From Phyllobates terribilis (taxonomy: Eukaryota), in assembly GCF_046119375.1 (NCBI RefSeq), contig NW_027362771.1:532952001-533016000 (forward strand): a stretch of 64,000 nucleotides of DNA, written 5' to 3'. Of this stretch, positions 46,801 through 61,200 are shown in pieces. The position numbers were made by a program, and so were the translations under genes. The notes under the pieces are model-generated. The model was not told the DNA's origin. It saw only the letters and a program-made list of their open reading frames with translations, and made no database searches. How positions within the stretch are numbered: the stretch's first letter is position 1; the number at the start of each line of letters is the position of its first letter.

Positions 46801-49800
46801 AAGACTCTCTTCTTAGAATTCATTGTTGTCTCCATTTCTAGGAAAAGATGAGCGAATTGTTTCCCCGATCTTGTACCTATTCTTATTCTATAATTTGATC
46901 TGATCTGTCACATGGTATGTCCTTCCGTACGATCCAGAAGTGTCAGTCATGTCGGCTGCATAAGGATCCTGTAGTCTTCTCTGCCTTTAGGAATCCATTG
47001 GGATTTATGTTGGATAAAGAAATCACGTTGACAACCAATATGGCTATCATAGCCACTCCCAAAAAAAGTCATGATGGCTAAAAGGAAAATTTTTCTAGAT
47101 CTGTATCGCAGTTTTGAAAAACTGGGTGATAACCCCTTAAGTAGCGTAAAGGTGGCCATACACGAGATAGCTTTCAGCCGATCCTTTGTTTCTCCCAACA
47201 ATCTATCTCTCCCGAATCACATGAATGCTCGGATTGGCTGAGCGTTCATCTGTTTTCAGCCAGGAATGGGGAGAAAACCACTGCAAAACTCGCCTGATCT
47301 CCCCTGAAAACGCATGGAAAAATGCAGTCCTACTCTAGTGAATAAAGCTGAACTACAATGTTAGACTCAAGCCATGGAGAAAAGTGGCGCTGTTTCTGGA
47401 AAATACTCATATGTGCAAATATTTTATGTGCGGCCATCTCAGGAATTCTAGGTGGTAAGCTCAGACTGACTTGGCATTATAAGACCATTCAGTGCCATCT
47501 ACCGTGGTGTTGCCCTCATGTATGTAGATGCGTCTACCATATGGTCGACAATATTGACCACGGTGGATCCATAAACAAGTGGTTTTCTATGAAGTATCCC
47601 TCAGACGTCCTCTTTACCAGACGCACACTCGTATTTGCTCTGTAATGAGGTAAAAGTGGCCGTTGACCTGAGGAGAATTCTGCTGACCCAATTGAATGTC
47701 AGAAAATATCCCTGCAGGTGTACCAATATTGGATAAATATACCTCAGACGGGAAATGTCTGCGTTGATACCTAGCACACATAAAAAAAAAAAAAAGGAAT
47801 GGCGGGGGGGAAGAGGTAATCCATAAGTGATTGATCTTAGTAGCAGAGCGTTTGTGCACACCAACACTAAGGAAGATGGATCTCAAGGGGAAGATAGAGA
47901 AGTGGAGCATGTCCATCTTCTCCATGAAGGTCTATCTTTATTAATGTCCTTGTCTTGATAGTGATTAGTGATCTATCCATTCCCCGCTGTCAAAAATACT
48001 ATAGAGGGGGAGCGTTAAGGCCTAGAAAGACTCCTTCCCCCCACCCCATCCCTGTTACTACCAGTCATGTTGTAAAGAGGCGGACAGTAGTGTTCTTCAA
48101 AGGGATGACTGGCAGGAAGTCTGGAAAAAGAAGAAAAAAAAAAAAAAAAAAAAAAAGGGCCGCCATAATCACTCAATCCCATGTGTCCATGTGTCTGCAG
48201 TTCTGAGAACCTTACACATGAAGATGTACCTCTGCTTACAAGGCCAAAAACTAAACCTGCACTGACCAGTATGTGACCTGGAATATTATTTGGAATGGGC
48301 AATCCTAATTTTGGGAGGTCTGTGCTCCAGAGATAACCACACGCAGAGTCGTAACTATGGGGGTTTGGGGTTGGAGCCTTGAGGGACCCAATATATTAAA
48401 TTGGCCCATATGAGAAGACCAATACTATACTTTAAAGTCCTGTGATGCTTGGGAACCCTGTTGGACATTTTGCATTTGAGCCGACGTGCTTCAAGTGACG
48501 CCACTTGTCACACTTTGTGGCCAACGCATTTCCAAGATCTGGTATTAAAGAAGTTGCTCCATTAGTCAGGCTGTAAGACCTTTTTTTTTTTTTTTTTTTT
48601 TTGTAAGCTCCTGATGGTGGCCATACACAGCAGACAGCAGCAATAGGGTTATTCCAATTTTCTCCTGATGGCGAATGTTGAGGGGAAGTAGGATTCAATA
48701 CGTCTGATCCCTATGCTTTCTAAGGAGATACACCACTGGCGATGTCCAGCAGTTGCTTATTCCCCTTTTCCTATTTAGAACCTATGGATGATAGGCCAAG
48801 CTGAACGTTGACTGAACAAGCATTGGGCTTGATGGTCATCTAAAGCTTATGGCCAACTTAAAGACCACCATATATGAGCCGATCAACGATCTCAAGCCGC
48901 ATTCACCGATGTAGGAATTTTTGGGATCCGATGATGTGCACCGTGCTCATAATCAACTGAAAAACTGTCAACATGCCCTATCAATGTCTTGAATGATAAG
49001 TGTTTGTCAGCTATTTTGTCGAAATGTGACAAGAAATTGTTATAATTTAACATCAGCCATTTCGGGTCAACTATCTAATGTGTCAAAACACTTTAGGCAC
49101 TGTTTAGTGGGGTAAATGTTTGGGAATTAAAGGACTAGAGATCAAACTTTATTCTTTTGTAAGCTCTTGTATCGGAGATGATTTTAACTTGAGATCCCTT
49201 TTAATGACTAACCTCTTCTTTTTGGACCATGAATGTTGGAAGTGCGTAATGGGAGTTCTGACCAAGATGTCCATACCGGCCACGGGTCTCCTGACCTGAA
49301 TTCATCAGCCTCATATGTGCCTATGAGTCTGCGTTCGAATCAGGAGACCCGCAGTCGGTATGGACATCTATGTCCGTATTCGAAAGTGTGGAATAAAATC
49401 CACCACTTCTGTATTGTATACTTGGGTGGTTGATTAGCACCAGGTTTCAAAATCAGTGGGTGACCACTTTCATTCCCCATATCCCACAGAAGGGTTGGTG
49501 GCAGATATTGATGTAGACTAGAACTTTTTAAAGCCGAATTGTAGTTTTCCGAACGTTCCACGTTGGTTCCTGTAACTCTTTTGTTGTTGCCATCTGTAAC
49601 TTTTGAACTGGTTACAAAATATGTTCACGCCCCTGGTGCATCGCACAAGGACTGATTGGTGATATCTCTTCCTCCATTCACTGGATTAGTCTTGGTGAAA
49701 CTATTTAGACAATAGATAACCGCGTCAGGCCATGACTGATAATAGATGAAGAGAAAGTGACGAAGTTGTGAGATGGAAAAATATTCCCGGAATTACTATG

Positions 49801-50119
49801 GCATCTGTCAATAAAATGATTATATCTGTCTTTGCCCATTTTTTTATTTTTTCTCAGAAAGTTGGTTTATCTGTTATCTTAATGTGGAGACCTATTGACC
49901 ATCATGAACGAGAGATGAAGGTATTTAATGTCACTTTGCTAGTATTGGATTAAATATGGCTGCCTTGGTCTCTTCATGGAGTCATCTGTCTGGTCTTCTG
50001 CAATCAGTTCTGTAAATGTTCATATACTGCCTATATATCTTTCACTGTGGTCCTTACCGTATATATGAAGTATGTGACACAGATGAAGGGTTGAAAAGGA
50101 CCTCTCAATGGAGATAAAT

Positions 50120-50405
50120 ATATAACTTTTTATCTGGTGCAAATGCCGCTGTTCTCCTGAATTCGGCGTGGTCTTTCTTTTGTTCCTGCGCCTCTGTTCC
50201 TGAGATATGGCTCTGTATGGAAATTCTTTTGTAACCAAGTAGGTGTGGTTTTCAGGAATCCAACCATAGTGAAGAGTTGGGAACCAGCCCACTTGGCTAA
50301 AGAAACCTAGATTTAATACATTGACAAAGGGGTCAGTATCTCAGGAACTGAGAGGCACAGGAACAAAAGATAAACATGTCGGATTTGGGAGAACAGCGGC
50401 ATTTA
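50120..50405. repeat. Fold-back MITE core with ~65-bp imperfect arms
   Basis: AAATGCCGCTGTTCTCC...GTTCCTGAGATA versus TATCTCAGGAAC...GGAGAACAGCGGCATTT. Confidence 0.6.
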
Positions 50406-50559
50406 CATGAGGTAAGAAAATTGCATATGTATGGCAAGTAAAAAGTCACAGCTGCTCCTCAAAACGTGACGTTAACTCCCACGGAGTATAAATAGGGTTT
50501 TATGACACTTATTTCACTAATATGTAATGGATTCCACAAAAACTGGTCTGAACAGAGCC

Positions 50560-50957
50560 TTAAAGAGGTTTACTATTGTAGAAAAGTCCCCTAATAAAGA
50601 GAAAAAAAAAAAAAACTGCACATACTCTCCTCCCTGAGCGGCGCGGTTCCAGCAGTATCGGAGCTAACTTCTTGGCTGGTCACGTGACGTAATCGGCGGC
50701 CGGTGATCAGCTGCAGTGTTAACTGTTGTGTCATATGGAACTGTTTCATCTGACTGAAGTATGAAGGCTGCAGGCGATCTTCGGCCCCCGATTGGCTGCA
50801 GAGCTCACCTGACAATGTCACGTGACCACAGAGACACAGCACCAACATTGCAGAAGCTGCGCTGATCCGGGAGGTATGTGGGTTTTTTTTTTTATAGTCT
50901 ATTGGGATCACTTTAGCATTTAAGAAGGTGCGGTCCAGAAATGGACAAACCCTTTAA
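50560..50957. mobile_element. Decayed T2-type MITE
   Basis: TTAAAGAGGTTT ... AAACCCTTTAA ends with internal CACGTGAC symmetry. Confidence 0.45.
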
Positions 50958-52059
50958 AGCTTTGGTTCTCACTAACAGTAAATCACGATTGTCTTCTGTC
51001 CTGGTAGTTGTCCGCTACTTGCGTTCCATCGCAGAGACACGAGGCAGGATATTCCTCATGAGTCACAGATGACACCGATGTCTAGTGAGCTGATATTTCC
51101 AAGAATGTTCTGCCTACAAAATGGCTGCGATGAGTGCACTGTAACCACAAACCGTTATCTCCTACTCACAGACTGACTTCCTCTGGTAGTGAGCAGTGGA
51201 TATTTACTGTTCTCCCTTTCTTTACTCTCAGATTATATTGTTCCTTACGTCCCGTCCACACGGTTCTGATCTTGTCTCATCCACATTGCTAGTACTATAA
51301 ATGCGGCAGATTTTCTGCCCACAAATCCACGGCGGAACATTCCCTGCACAGGATATGTTCACACATGCAGATTTTGCCACAGATTTATGGCAAATCCACC
51401 AAATAATCTGCATGTTTTACGTTTAAAATCTGCACCACAATTACATTTTGCATCATATATGAATGAAGTTTAATCCGCTATCCTCCACTGCTTATTTTTT
51501 GCCCCAAAATCTAAATGGAGATTCTGCACCATATCTGCCTTGTGTTAGCGTAACCCTAAAGGGTTACTCCCATCTTCTGACGTAGGAGTGCGCACCGCTC
51601 CCCAGCCTTCAAGCTGGTTAGTTCGGGGAAAGTGTACTCCTGCTTGATTGACAGTCCGGACTGGCGTATTTGAAGCTGACGGCGCGTTCCAACAATCTGT
51701 GCAGCGCTTATAAACTATTGGAAAACACTTATAAGCATTGCAAATGCTCAGCCACCACTACTACACTGCCGCGGTGGCTGGTAACCTAAGCAACAAGATG
51801 TTGTCCTTGGTGGGATTTGAACCCAGTGCTGCAATGCTAACCACTGAGCCACTGTGCCACCCATGCTGGTTTGGGTCATTTCCGCTGACTGTTCTTTTTG
51901 TAAATTTTATGGGGAATGGCAGACATGGCCATGTTGCACGGCGGGTGGATTGTGCCATTTGATCTGCTGGGTCACCCTGGCATGTTGATGGTTGTATTGT
52001 TCATATGTACGAATGATCTGAGCGGCCATCGATCGGCCACATTCCCACCAATGGTAAAC

Positions 52060-52087
52060 TTGTGTGTGTGTGTGTGTGTGTGTGTGT
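52060..52087. repeat. (TG)n microsatellite
   Basis: About 14 TG repeats. Confidence 0.95.
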
Positions 52088-52939
52088 GGCCCACTATACA
52101 GATGTCCCGTGCACGGTGCGCCGGGCCAAGGGTCGTGCACCTGTCACCTCAGGCTACTTGTCCTCCATGCATGGCTTAGCCATGACTTCCAGCTCTGCAC
52201 TTTGCTGACTCCCACCTGCTATGCGCTGTTTTCCGTTCCCTCCTCTGCTTGCTTCCTTCCTGTCCCCCACCTCCCCGAGAACACCCTGCACTGTCGCCCT
52301 CACCCGGTGCAGCTGGCACCCCACGTTTATTATGCCAGCTGTCTCCACCCACCTCCATTGCCTGGAATTTCCTTTTTGTGGTCGTCGTCTTCTAACACCT
52401 GCACCATGGCGGCTCCAAGCTCATTTATTGGCTTCTAATACACAAATCTCAGAATTTTGCTGCTGACACAAGTTTAATTGCGTCAATTTTTTGTGGTTTC
52501 CATATCTCGTCTTACCAAGGAGGAGACGCCATTGTGGATGGCTGTCCATCTCCTGAGGTCATGTATTTTGTGCTGATGGTCATTGGGTTGGTTGTCCATG
52601 GCAGCACCAGGGTTAACCAAGGGTTGTCTATATAATGAGTGCCAACTGCCGGCATGGTGCCAACCTCCTGTCCTGTGTGCAGAATGCACAGTGATCATGT
52701 GACCAGAGGGAAGGCCGGGGGCAGATGAGCACAATCTTAACCCTTTGCTGCAGGTAGAAAAATGCTTAGCAATGCAACATTCATGTTACGTGCTGCAGAG
52801 ATCTTGGAAATGAAAAGCTGCGAGTCTTGCAGGGCAATTTAAAGGTGCACGGTGACAAGCCTCCGGGGAATGAGACATAATAGATGACTAGGGTTTTCTT
52901 TCTTCTCTCTGCAGCCACTGACAAAACAGTCGCCTGCAA

Positions 52940-52989
52940 ATGAATTCAATGAACCCCATGAAACCATCTCATCCAGGCACAGGACACAG
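52940..52989 (+). CDS. ZMIZ2: ZMIZ2 coding exon 1 (MNSMNPMKPSHPGTGH; exon acceptor at 52915)
   Basis: MNSMNPMKP matches the ZMIZ2 N-terminus; pyrimidine tract plus CAG acceptor; AG|GTAAG donor; in-frame TGA upstream at 52919. Confidence 0.88.
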
Positions 52990-53635
52990 GTAAGCGCCAC
53001 ACAGGCACCACCCCAGCGAATTGCGCATCAGTGTGTCCATCCATAGCCTCTCTGCGGTTTATTTTATTTTTATTATTTTACGGTGTCCCTTTTTTTTTTT
53101 TTTTTTTTTTTTTCTCTTCAATTTCAGTGGTGTACTGTTTTTTTTTTGTTTTGTGTTTTTTTTTTTTTTTTTTTTATATTTACATTTACTACATGCTGTA
53201 ATATTTTCTGAAAAAATAAAGCGTGGAGATCAGTTTTCTCTTTATTGTGTATGTGTTCAAATAATATAAATATATATTTTTTATTATATCTAATATTTTA
53301 TATTAAAATAAAATCAAATCTATATAATTTTATTTTATTTATATATATTTTATTTTACAATAAAATCTAAAAAATATATATAATTTTATTTTTTTGCATA
53401 TTTTAATCTGACAATAATAAAAGGTGCGTTTTGGTTTTGGCATGGCAATCCCTGATTTAATAGGTGAATAGAAATTTTTTTTTTTTTTTTTTTTTTTTCC
53501 CTCCCCGCATCTGTTAAGGTGTAAATGATATCTGCATAATCTCCTGTTTCTGTTCCTCCCGTATCCGATGTATCTAAACATTTCTCATATGGTTCGTGCA
53601 CACGCCGCTAACTCCCGCCTCTGCCCCCTAAACAG

Positions 53636-53750
53636 TGATGGTTCATTTGCATACGACTCTGTTCCCTGGCAACCAAACACCAATCAGCCTGCAGGATCGC
53701 TCTCCGTAGTAACCACCGTCTGGGGTTTGAGCAACACGTCGCAGAGCCAG
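53636..53750 (+). CDS. ZMIZ2: ZMIZ2 coding exon 2 ([38 protein letters not shown])
   Basis: Near-identical to the conserved ZMIZ1/2 motif; AG/GT boundaries; phase consistent. Confidence 0.95.
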
Positions 53751-53942
53751 GTAACGCTCATGACGTCAACCCCCCCCCCCACAACCCCGCTATACACCCG
53801 TCCCTCCGGCATCGCTTCGGTTAACCCTTCCAGCACCCGCCCCTCTTATTCCATCACCTCTGTCTTTTTTTAATATTTGCATTGATTTATTTTGGTCTAA
53901 TACTTAAATTTATTGCCTATATATTTATTTATTTCTCCTTAG

Positions 53943-54148
53943 GAGGGTCTTGGAAATCCCATGGTGCCCAGCGGTGGCCCCACAGGAGGCGGAGTCATGC
54001 CAGGTCTGGCTGGCAACAGTGGAGGAATGGGAAGCCCTCAATTTATTAATCAGCAAGGGTTTCCAGAAAGTGGAGCCGGAAAGGGTTATCTGCCACAAAA
54101 CATGTATGGACGTGGGGGGTATCCAGCAAGCTCTGCCTATACCAACAG
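53943..54148 (+). CDS. ZMIZ2: ZMIZ2 coding exon 3 (EGLGNPM...MYGRGGYPASSAYTN)
   Basis: LGNPM, SPQF and YGRGGYP similarity; TAG acceptor (tandem GAG alternative at 53946); AG|GTAAC donor. Confidence 0.9.
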
Positions 54149-54363
54149 GTAACAGCGCTATGGAAATACAATTAAAGTGGGGGGGGGGTTACAATATCTT
54201 TTCTTGGGGGTAGGGAAGGCTTAAGACCACTAAATCTAGAAAAAAAGAAAGATTTGACATTTTTCTAGTTGGGGGTGGGGGGAGACACTTATCGTGTGTG
54301 TAGTCTGCTTTTGCAACCGTTCAAATTATTATAGTTATTATTATTTATTTTTTTTCTATCTAG

Positions 54364-54550
54364 TTACCCCGGCGGCCCAACAGCTGGCGGTGGAATGGGC
54401 ATGGCTCAGCATACAGGACGCGGTCACACAGACTTCACACAGGCAGCAGCAGCTGCAGCAGTGGCGGCCGCGACAGCAACAGCGACTGCGACAGCGACAG
54501 TGGCTGCACTTCAGGAGAAGCAGACCCAGGAGATGAATCAATACGGTGGG
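54364..54550 (+). CDS. ZMIZ2: ZMIZ2 coding exon 4 (alanine-rich [31 protein letters not shown])
   Basis: Signature ZMIZ Ala/Thr tract; ALQEKQ is ZMIZ2-type; splice sites in phase. Confidence 0.96.
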
Positions 54551-55307
54551 GTGAGTTGTCAGCCTGCGAGTCAAATCGCTTCTAAAATGCAGAAAAACAA
54601 AGAAAATATCATGCAATACCGGTTATGTTTTATTGATCCTTTTAAAGGATTCTTCTCATGTTTTTAATTGCAAAGCACATGTAAAAACCAACAATTCTGC
54701 AATGTACTTGCTATATTGTTTACTGACCGTTGTGTAGGTCACTGGCAACTGCTGCTAGACTGTATGTGCTTTGTTTAATAGAGCCTGTAAGCACTGCTCT
54801 GAAGCTGGCCAGATCGTCGCAATGAGCGCACTTAGTTCCCAATCTTGCCAGTCTGTCCAACTACGCTTCTCCGAAGCTTTGGAGGCAGAGCTGCCTCTGC
54901 TTGTAGCATCAGAGAGCGCACCGTCTAGCCCAGCGACTCCACAATGCCGCTGGTCTGGACAGTAAGTCAACCAGGGGAGCACAGCCCTCTGTAACCAGAA
55001 AGCTGGGAGGAAGGGGAGCAGTGCGCTTCAGAAGACAAGTTGAGACAACCCCTCTAAGGGGTAAAAACTGTCTTGTGTGAGTATATCACATTGGTGAAAC
55101 CCAATTTTCAGAAATTAAAGGCAGCTATAAAGGACTTTGGTGCTGCTCGGAGATTTTAGTAAAAATCTGGGATCATTCAGTCAGTGACCCTTCACTGCAG
55201 AAATCTGTGCAGTACCAAAAGGACTTTTCGATCTATATAGCTCTTTTTTTTTTTAAATCTGGGAATATGTGGTGTTCTATGATATAATTTTATTTTTTTT
55301 TTTATAG

Positions 55308-55571
55308 GTGGGGCCTACTCATAATTTTGGTGGCCAGTTCATGCCTCACTCTGGTCCTCGGGGGCCCTCTATTCAGGGTGGAATGACATCTGCGGGTATG
55401 GGATCAGTCATGGGACCTGCAGGAATGGCTCAGATGAGTATGAATTCAGCCAGAGCCCCAAGTATGAACCCAGTGTATGCTGGTCAAAGGATACCACCTC
55501 ATGGCTACCCTGGACAGCTCCAGGGCCAGCAGATGCCACGTCAAGGAGTAAAAAGGACATACTCCAATGAG
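55308..55571 (+). CDS. ZMIZ2: ZMIZ2 coding exon 5 (VGPTHNF...YAGQRIPPHGYPG...PRQGVKRTYSNE)
   Basis: GPRGPS, YAGQR and PRQGVKRTYS match ZMIZ2; 264 nt, phase 0/0. Confidence 0.95.
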
Positions 55572-55820
55572 GTGAGTTCCCAGCTCTAATGTGTAACGGA
55601 CCCAAAGTCCCTTTTATTGCGAAGGTTTTAATTGTACGTAACCGAAGCACAGACTGTTAGTGCAAAATGTCAGAAACTTGTTCCTACTGATTTTAAAAGT
55701 TTCTTATTATACTAAAAATGTAAACATTTTTATTTTGGGTTTTGCATCTAGTAGATGAATCTGTTATTTGTGCAAAATTTTTGTAAGTATTCCCTTTTTT
55801 TTCTTTGCACCTCTCCATAG

Positions 55821-55994
55821 GGTTATGCACCTCAACAGTACATCCAAAGCGGCCAGTATCCGCCCCATGGGGGTCAGTATGCACCATCCGCACCTCAGCA
55901 ATCCGCCCCGTCCCCTTCCTATCCTGGGCATCGTGTACAGCAGAATATGTCGCAGTACATAACCCAAGCAGGTCCTGGAGGCCATTTTTATAAG
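55821..55994 (+). CDS. ZMIZ2: ZMIZ2 coding exon 6 (GYAPQQYIQSGQY...APSPSYPGHR...HFYK); the gene continues beyond the window
   Basis: APSPSYPGHR and the terminal YK match ZMIZ2; TAG acceptor, AAG|GTGGG donor; 174 nt. Confidence 0.93.
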
Positions 55995-56603
55995 GTGGGT
56001 GATACCCTATTTTTTTTTTTTTTTTTTCTTTTAAATCATTTCTCCATAATCACAGCTGTTTGTTTCCTTATTTTCTATTTTTTTTTCTTCCGCTTTATTT
56101 TTATATTGCAACTAGAAATTTCAGCTTCTTCTATGTCTAGTAAGAAGTCTTAGACTAGTGTCTCGGGTTTGTACCAATATACTGTTAGACGGGATAACAG
56201 GATAAACGATAGTATTGTTACAAATTATATTCTTGGTATTTATTATATTTTTTGACAATTTTTTAGTGGGTGTAAAATATGTATAATTTAATTTTATTTT
56301 TATTTTTTTTTTTTACTAAAAAAGTTTCAGGTCAGTTGTTTTTATTGCTCGGGATCCCCACTTAGTTTTTTTTCTTAAGTGTGGCTATATCTGACTTTCT
56401 GAATACTGCAGTTGGTGTGATAGGCCCAATTAATGTTGGAGGGTGCCTCATTATTGGGCTCAGATCCTGAATTGTGATTTTTCTCCATGACATGTTGGGG
56501 AAAAAAAACACAGAGTTCAAAACCCATAAAACCCTGTGCCATTCTGGAACTTATTAGCTAGTTTGCATTTCATGAGTTTTTTTCCAAATAGAAAACTATA
56601 GTG

Positions 56604-56634
<31 letters not shown>

Positions 56635-57292
56635 GTTTTGATGACACTCAACGATTAGACATATTAGATTGTGGCCATCTTTAAATCCATGCCCATCTCC
56701 ACTCCATATTCTCTGGTTTCTAGTGATGCTCCAATCCGCTTCTGGACCTGGTGATAGTGCTTCACAGCCACTTGTGTGAACCGGTAGTTGCTTTCCCAAT
56801 GTTACCCTCACATTGAGCTTCCTGGTCACCTGGTCCAGAAGAGGATTAGAACATCGATGGAAACGTCATTGCATAAATATTTATAAGGGATTTTAGCTTA
56901 AATATTAGATTTCCCTGTGTAAAATAAAAATAATATGCAAATTGCAGAGTTCTAGTCCTCTTCCTCTCCGAAGAGGCAATTTGCATATTTTAATTTCCCA
57001 GAGAAGCATGCATGGCCTATAAGTCTCCTCACTCTGACATGCCAGGCCTGGCTTGTTACTCTCTACAATGAGAAACATTACTCCTTAAATAAAAATAACA
57101 CCTGCTTCCCTTCCATACCAGTGCCGTTCCAGTGATGTCAGTGCCGGGTCTACTGATGCTTGCATGATTTATGCCATGTAAGCACTGCAGCCAATTAGCA
57201 GGCACTAATGGGTAGCAGTTCTTAACATACTCCGAGGTTCGTCCGAAGGAAGTGCTTTGGGAAACCCACCACCAACCATCACTGGTGGTAGT

Positions 57293-57326
<34 letters not shown>

Positions 57327-58274
57327 CTTGGGAGCATAAAATTTAGAAAGGGGTTGTCACCTTTTTATTGAAAGTCTATAATAAAAAAAACTAGGGCATT
57401 TTGCCAATAGCAACCAATCACGGTGCAGCTTTCATTTTGCCACAGCAGTTTAAGAAATGTAAGCTGAGCTCTGATTTGTCGGTATGTGTGAGAGGGACGG
57501 CATCTCTGTGAAACAGTTTTCCTCAATGAGACCCAAAATATCAACTGTTCCCTGCAATATAACACTTGCATTGATGTAAAATCGTACAAAAAACCATATT
57601 GGAGGAGATTCATGAATGTATCCAGGGAAGGAAAACCAATCAGAACCCAGCTTTCAGTTCTGATATTGTTGTCATAAAATGAAATCTGTGTTGTGATTGG
57701 TTGCTGTGGCCAACAAAGAGAGGAGTTTTTTGACCGTTTACTAAATCTCCACTATTGTTTCTGGTACAATTTAACTTCATAGATGCAGACATATTAAAGG
57801 GGACAGCTTCTAATTTGGGTATCACTGAGCAAAACTGAGGATCAGGGAAGCGGGCCTTGTTGCCTTTAGCAACCAATCACAGCACAGCTTTCTTTTCCTA
57901 TAGTGCTCTTGAGAAATGAAATCTGATCTGTGATTGGTTGCTGTGGCTGACAGCCCGCTTCTGTTTTATTGATTGGCCCCATGTACCTTTCTGTAATCTG
58001 CTGGATGCGGTTATGCAACAGGAGCAGGAGCGTGTTACTCTCTAGTCTCCTTATCAATTCATTCAAGGACATCGGAGCTTTATAGTTGTATGTTGTAAGG
58101 AACAGAACTGGTTAACGAAAAAGGAAGTGGCCCTTGTAACACTGACTTACACATTTATTATTAGTCTTCATGTTTCCTACAGTGGAAAGTTTCTATACGT
58201 AGCTCCTCACAGAAGCCCTTCTCTTGTATGTTCCTTGCTCAGATTGTATGAGGTCTAAACAATGGGGAAGGAGT

Positions 58275-61200
58275 GCTATATAGAGCTGGCCATATACTGG
58301 CGCCTTCATTGTGGTGGGGATATGGCCCTCACAGCACTACATAGAGCTGGCCATATACTGGCGCCTTCATTGTGGTGGGGATATGGCCCCCACAGCGCTA
58401 TATAGAGCTGGCCATATACTGGCGCCTTCATTGTGGTGGGGATATGGCCCTCACAGCGGTATATAGAGCTGGCCATATACTGGCGCCTTCATTGTGGTGG
58501 GGATATGGCCCTCACAGCGCTATATAGAGCTGCCAATATACTGGCGCCTTCATTGTGGTGGGGATATGGCCCCCACAGCACTATATAGAGCTGGCCATAT
58601 ACTGGCGCCTTCATTGTGGTGGGGATATGGCCCTCACAGCGCTATATAGAGCTGGCCATATACTGGCGCCTTCATTGTGGTGGGGATATGGCCCCCACAG
58701 CACTACATAGAGCTGGCCATATACTGGCGTCTTCATTGTGGTGGGGATATGGCCCTCACAGCACTACATAGAGCTGGCCATATACTGGCGCCTTCATTGT
58801 GGTGGGGATATGGCCCTCACAGCGCTATATAGAGCTGGCCATATACTAGCGCCTTCATTGTGGTGGGGATATGGCCCCCACAGCACTACATAGAGCTGGC
58901 CATATACTGGCGCCTTCATTGTGGTGGGGATATGGCCCTCACAGCACTACATAGAGCTGGCCATATACTGGCGCCTTCATTGTGGTGGGGATATGGCCCT
59001 CACAGCGCTACATAGAGCTGCCATATACTGGCGCCTTCATTGTGGTGGGGATATGGCCCCCATATTTCTACATAGAGCTGGCCATATACTGGCGCCTTCA
59101 TTGTGGTGGGGATATGGCCCCCACAGCGCTACATAGAGCTGGCCATATACTGGCGCCTTCATTGTGGTGGGGATATGGCCCCCACAGCGCTACATAGAGC
59201 TGGCCATATACTGGCGCCTTCATTGTGGTGGGGATATGGCCCCCACAGCGCTACATAGAGCTGGCCATATACTGGCGCCTTCATTGTGGTGGGGATATGG
59301 CCCCCACAGCGCTACATAGAGCTGGCCATATACTGGCGACTTCATTGTGGTGGGGATATGGCCCTCACAGCGCTACATAGAGCTGGCCATATACTGGCGC
59401 CTTCATTGTGGTGCGGTTATGGCCCCCACATTTCTACATAGAGCTAGCCATATACTGGCGCCTTCATTGTGGTGGGGATATGGCCCTCACAGCACTACAT
59501 AGAGCTGGCCATATACTGGCGCCTTCATTGTGGTGGGGATATGGCCCCCACAGCGCTACATAGAGCTGGCCATATACTGGCGCCTTCATTGTGGTGGGGC
59601 TATGGCCCTCACAGCACTACATAGAGCTGGCCATATACTGGCGCCTTCATTGTGGTGCGGTTATGGCCCCCACATTTCTACATAGAGCTGGCCATATACT
59701 GGCGCCTTCATTGTGGTGGGGATATGGCCCTCACAGCGCTACATAGAGCTGGCCATATACTGGCACCTTCATTGTGGTGCGGTTATGGCCCCCACATTTC
59801 TACATAGAGCTGGCCATATACTGGCGCCTTCATTGTGGTGGGGATATGGCCCTCACAGCACTGTATAGAGCTGGCCATATACTGGCACCTTCATTGTGGT
59901 GGGGATATGGCCCCCACAGCGCTACATAGAGCTGGCCATATACTGGCGCCTTCATTGTGGTGCGGTTATGGCCCCCACATTTCTACATAGAGCTGGCCAT
60001 ATACTGGCACCTTCATTGTGGTGCGGTTATGGCCCCCACATTTCTACATAGAGCTGGCCATATACTGGCGCCTTCATTGTGGTGGGGATATGGCCCCCAC
60101 AGCGCTATATAGAGCTGGCCATATACTGGCGCCTTCATTGTGGTGGGGATATGGCCCTCAGAGCGCTATATAGAGCTGGCCATATACTGGCGCCTTCATT
60201 GTGGTGGGGATATGGCCCCCACAGCACTACATAGAGCTGGCCATATACTGGCGCCTTCATTGTGGTGGGGATATGGCCCTCACAGCGCTACATAGAGCTG
60301 GCCATATACTGACGCCTTCATTGTGGTGGGGATATGGCCCCCACATTTCTACATAGAGCTGGCCATATACTGGCGCCTTCATTGTGGTGGGGATATGGCC
60401 CTCACAGCACTGTATAGAGCTGGCCATATACTGGCACCTTCATTGTGGTGGGGATATGGCCCCCACAGCGCTACATAGAGCTGGCCATATACTGGCGCCT
60501 TCATTGTGGTGCGGTTATGGCCCCCACATTTCTACATAGAGCTGGCCATATACTGGCGCCTTCATTGTGGTGGGGATATGGCCCTCACAGCGCTACATAG
60601 AGCTGGCCATATACTGGCGACTTCATTGTGGTGGGGATATGGCCCTCACAGCGCTACATAGAGCTGGCCATATACTGGCGCCTTCATTGTGGTGCGGTTA
60701 TGGCCCCCACATTTCTACATAGAGCTGGCCATATACTGGCGCCTTCGTTGTGGTGGGGATATGGCCCTCACAGCACTGTATAGAGCTGGCCATATACTGG
60801 CACCTTCATTGTGGTGGGGATATGGCCCTCACAGCGCTACATAGAGCTGGCCATATACTGGCGCCTTCATTGTGGTGGGGATATGGCCCTCACAGCGCTA
60901 CATAGAGCTGGCCATATACTGGCGCCTTCATTGTGGTGGGGATATGGCCCCCACAGCGCTACATAGAGCTGGCCATATACTGGCGCCTTCATTGTGGTGG
61001 GGATATGGCCCCCACAGCGCTACATAGAGCTGGCCATATACTGGCGCCTTCATTGTGGTGGGGATATGGCCCCCACAGCGCTACATAGAGCTGGCCATAT
61101 ACTGGCGCCTTCATTGTGGTGGGGATATGGCCCTCACAGCGCTACATAGAGCTGGCCATATACTGGCGCCTTCATTGTGGTGCGGTTATGGCCCCCACAT

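Noticed and set aside
52915-55994. Assignment to ZMIZ1, or an upstream ZMIZ1-type N-terminal domain
   Set aside because: MNSMNPMKP, ALQEKQ, PRQGVKRTYS and APSPSYPGHR are ZMIZ2-type; there is an in-frame stop before the ATG, and no MDRHIQQTNDRL/WCGDPR exons were seen upstream.
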